Origin: Devosia sp.
GTDB lineage: Bacteria > Pseudomonadota > Alphaproteobacteria > Rhizobiales > Devosiaceae
Assembly: GCF_034675085.1 (NCBI RefSeq)
Contig: NZ_JAUCDN010000001.1
Span: 1-40,810, forward strand
DNA: 40,810 nucleotides
Direction of reading: 5' to 3'
Part shown: positions 36,961 to 40,810 of the stretch, one piece after another
Layout of the letters: the number at the start of each line of letters is the position of its first letter
Position numbering within the stretch: the stretch's first letter is position 1
Position numbers and translations under genes: made by a program
Notes under the pieces: generated by a model
What the model was told of the DNA's origin: nothing
The model's database searches: none
Seen by the model: only the letters and a program-made list of their open reading frames with translations

Positions 36961-38091
36961 ATGACCGAACAGGCTCTAAACACCGACCTTCCCGCCCGCG
37001 ACCACAAGGAAGACCTTTATACCGCCAAGCCCTGGAAGCTGATCTGGCGGCGCTTTTCCAAGCATGTGCTGGCGGTCGTCTCGCTGTGGTTCCTGGTGCT
37101 GCTGGCGCTATGCGCCATCTTTGCCGAGCCGGTGGCGCCCTATAGCCCCACCGGCGTGCAGCGCCTGCGCACGCTGGCCCCGCCCACGCCCATTCACCTG
37201 TTCCATGAGGGCCAGTTCATCGGCCCCTTCGTCTATGGCCTCTCGCGCGAGCGCGACCCCAACACCGCCCGCGTCCGCTACGAGACCGACACCGACACCA
37301 TCCTGCCGATCCGCCTCTTCCATTCGGGCGACGAATACAGCTTTTTCGGCCTGTTCCGCACCGGCGTCCACCTTTTCGGAGTGGAGGACAAGCGCCAGCA
37401 GATCAACCTTCTGGGCACCGACGATCTGGGGCGGGACGTGTTCTCCCGCCTCACCCATGGCGCCCGCGTCACCCTGTCGGCGGGGCTGGTCGGGGTGGTC
37501 TTCGCCTTCGTTCTGGGACTGACGCTGGGTTCGGTCGCGGGCTATTTCGGCGGCTGGATCGACAGCTCCATCCAGCGCCTCACCGAGTTCATCCGCTCCA
37601 TTCCCACCATCCCCTTGTGGATGGGGCTGGCCGCGGCCCTGCCCATCGCCTGGGACCCGCTCTTTGTCTATGTGCTGATCACCCTCATTCTGGCGCTGAT
37701 CGGCTGGACGCATCTGGCGCGCGTGGTGCGCGGGCAGTTCTTCGCCATTCGCAACGAGGACTATGTGATGGCGGCGCGCCTGGCCGGAGCCAGCGAATAC
37801 CGCATCATCACCAAGCACATGCTGCCCTCGATGACCTCCTACATCATCGCGGCGCTGACGCTGGCCGTGCCCGAGATGATCCTGGGCGAAACCGCCCTGT
37901 CCTTTCTCGGCCTGGGCCTGCGCCCGCCCATCGTCAGCTGGGGCGTGCTGCTTCAGGACGCGCAGAATTTGCGCTCGATTTCCATGGCGCCTTGGCTACT
38001 TTCACCCGGGGTTGCCGTGGTGCTGACCGTGCTCGCTTTCAATTTCCTCGGCGACGGCCTGCGCGACGCGGCGGACCCCTATGGGCAGTAA
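36961..38091 (+). CDS. Opp/Dpp-family ABC permease (DppC-like)
   Basis: LGTDDLGRDVFSR, EDYVMAARLAGAS, ETALSFLGLG, FNFLGDGLRDAADP. Confidence 0.93.
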   Translation: MTEQALNTDLPARDHKEDLYTAKPWKLIWRRFSKHVLAVVSLWFLVLLALCAIFAEPVAPYSPTGVQRLRTLAPPTPIHLFHEGQFIGPFVYGLSRERDPNTARVRYETDTDTILPIRLFHSGDEYSFFGLFRTGVHLFGVEDKRQQINLLGTDDLGRDVFSRLTHGARVTLSAGLVGVVFAFVLGLTLGSVAGYFGGWIDSSIQRLTEFIRSIPTIPLWMGLAAALPIAWDPLFVYVLITLILALIGWTHLARVVRGQFFAIRNEDYVMAARLAGASEYRIITKHMLPSMTSYIIAALTLAVPEMILGETALSFLGLGLRPPIVSWGVLLQDAQNLRSISMAPWLLSPGVAVVLTVLAFNFLGDGLRDAADPYGQ

Positions 38092-38095
38092 GATC

Positions 38096-39122
38096 ATGAC
38101 CGATATTTCCATGGCGCCCGAACGCCTGCTCGAACTCGATAATGTCCATGTCCACTTTCCCTTGCGCGAAGGGCTGGTCAAGGCGGTCAATGGCGTCTCC
38201 TACCACGTCAACCGGGGCGAAGTGCTCGGCATTGTCGGGGAATCGGGCTCGGGCAAGTCCATCACCGCCCGGGCCATCATGCGGCTGCTGCCCAAGCGCG
38301 CCATCGCTCCAGAGGGCAGCATCCGCTTCCATCCGCGCGAGAGCGCCGTGCAGGACCTGGCGACGCTGGACCGCAACAGTCGCGCCATCCGCCAGATACG
38401 CGGCCGCCATATCGGCATGATCTTCCAGGAGCCGATGACGGCTCTCTCGCCCGTCCACACCATCGGCACCCAGATCATGCGCACGGTGCAATTGCATATG
38501 GGGCTGGGCAAGGCCGCCGCCCGCGCCCGCGCCATCGATCTGTTGGCCAAGGTGCAGATGCCGCGCCCGGCCGAAATGGTCGATGCCTATCCCCACCAGC
38601 TTTCGGGCGGCATGCGCCAGCGCGCCATGATCGCGCTGGCCATCAGCTGCGATCCCAGCCTGCTCATCGCCGACGAGCCCACCACGGCGCTCGACGTCAC
38701 CACCGAGGCGCAAATTCTCGAACTGCTCAAATCGCTCCAGTCCGAGCTGGGCATGGCGATCATCTTCATCACCCATAATTTCGGCGTGGTGGCCGACATC
38801 GCCGACCGGGTGTCGGTGATGTATCTGGGGCGCATCGTGGAAACCGCCAGCGTCGACGACATCTTCTACGCGCCCAAGCATCCCTATACCCAGGCCCTGC
38901 TGCGCTCCATTCCGCGCCTGGGCGTCGATCAGGGGCGGCGCCTGCCCACCATTCCGGGCATGGTGCCCGATCCGTTCAGCGTGCCCGAGGGCTGCGCCTT
39001 CAATCCGCGCTGCGCCCATGCGGTAACGGGGCTGTGCGAGGTGGTCGTGCCGCCGGAAAAAACCTTCGGCACGCAGATGTCGCGCTGCCACATCGCCGAT
39101 CAATTCGTTCAGGAGCAGGCTC

Positions 39123-39130
<8 letters not shown>
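38096..39130 (+). CDS. Opp/Dpp-family ABC ATPase (DppD-like)
   Basis: [46 protein letters not shown]. Start 38081-38111. Confidence 0.94.
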
Positions 39131-40175
<1,045 letters not shown>

Positions 40176-40177
40176 CC

Positions 40178-40810
40178 ATGACCGATGCAATGCTGGCGCA
40201 ACGCTACGCGCCCTGCCTGATGCTGGATGAGGCCGAGCCCTATTCTCCCCACGCCTTTGGCTGGACCATCTTTCGCGCCCCTGGCCAGTCGCCCTCCTCG
40301 AAATTCCGGGTCGAGCCGGTTGGCGCCTTTGTCATCGAATATGCCGTCTTCTATGACTGGGATATCGGCCATCTCTACGATCTGGAGCATGTCTGGGTGC
40401 ATATCGCCGCCGATGGCGCCGTCATCAAGGTCGAGGCGTCCTCCCATGGCGGGCGCAAGCCCATGGATATCGGCTCGGGCCTGCCGGAAATGGCGGGCGA
40501 GCGTGCCGTCGTCTATGCCGAGGCCGGCAAGCATGCCCATTGGGCCCATCCCGACCATATGCAGCCGGGCGACCGCCAGAAGCTGGGCTTCTTGTGCTCC
40601 AGCCTCGCCGGGCTCGAAGGCGTCCATCTAGGCAATTTCTTTGCCGAGCGCGGCGATTATACCCCGACCCCGCGCGATCACCGCCTCGCCCGCCTCAAGA
40701 TGCGCGCCGACGCCTTTGCGCCCAGCCATCGCTATCGCCCGGCCGCCATGCCGCGCCTCCTGCCCTGGCCGGAGCTGGAGGCCGCCATCCCCCTTCGGGT
40801 CGAGGCCGAA
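40178..40810 (+). CDS. Hypothetical protein with NPP1/Vps62-like motifs, 3'-truncated by window edge (missing from ORF track)
   Basis: Translated by hand: MTDAMLAQRYAPCLMLDEAEPY...IEYAVFYDWDIGHLYDLEHVWV...VEASSHGG...VYAEAGKHAH... No stop before 40810. In-frame GTG at 40172 overlaps the upstream stop (GTGA). Codons are strongly GC3-biased. Confidence 0.8.
   Translation, partial: MTDAMLAQRYAPCLMLDEAEPYSPHAFGWTIFRAPGQSPSSKFRVEPVGAFVIEYAVFYDWDIGHLYDLEHVWVHIAADGAVIKVEASSHGGRKPMDIGSGLPEMAGERAVVYAEAGKHAHWAHPDHMQPGDRQKLGFLCSSLAGLEGVHLGNFFAERGDYTPTPRDHRLARLKMRADAFAPSHRYRPAAMPRLLPWPELEAAIPLRVEAE

Noticed and set aside
40227-40631. 134-aa Ser/Pro-rich ORF from the track
   Set aside because: Wrong frame. 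The frame starting at 40172/40178 has typical codon usage, translational coupling and protein-like motifs.

Overview
High-GC alphaproteobacterial chromosome segment, Rhizobiales-like (possibly Devosia, an impression only). From left to right: the end of a polysaccharide locus (CapD/PglF-type dehydratase), then a USP and Na/Pi cotransporter pair. Next is a ~20.5 kb catabolic island (3532-24018) bounded by an intact initiator tRNA-Met gene and a 22-bp degenerate copy of its 3' end. The island has no integrase or transposase. It carries three modules: (i) sugar ABC transporter, Cys-type sulfatase, LacI and formylglycine-generating enzyme; (ii) AraC, GH42 beta-galactosidase and aldehyde dehydrogenase; (iii) LacI, IolE, two Gfo/Idh/MocA dehydrogenases, an SDR and an ABC transporter, forming a partial inositol pathway. 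Core-like genes follow: Tas-like AKR, a RIME1-like repeat, DUF599, bfd-bfr with an IRO-like box, VOC, esterase, MltB-like transglycosylase with a CtrA-like box, and a large MscS. The window ends with a ROK regulator divergent from an Opp/Dpp-family ABC operon. Its last, truncated gene is absent from the ORF track and has NPP1/Vps62-like motifs. All calls come from reading motifs by eye; no searches were run.
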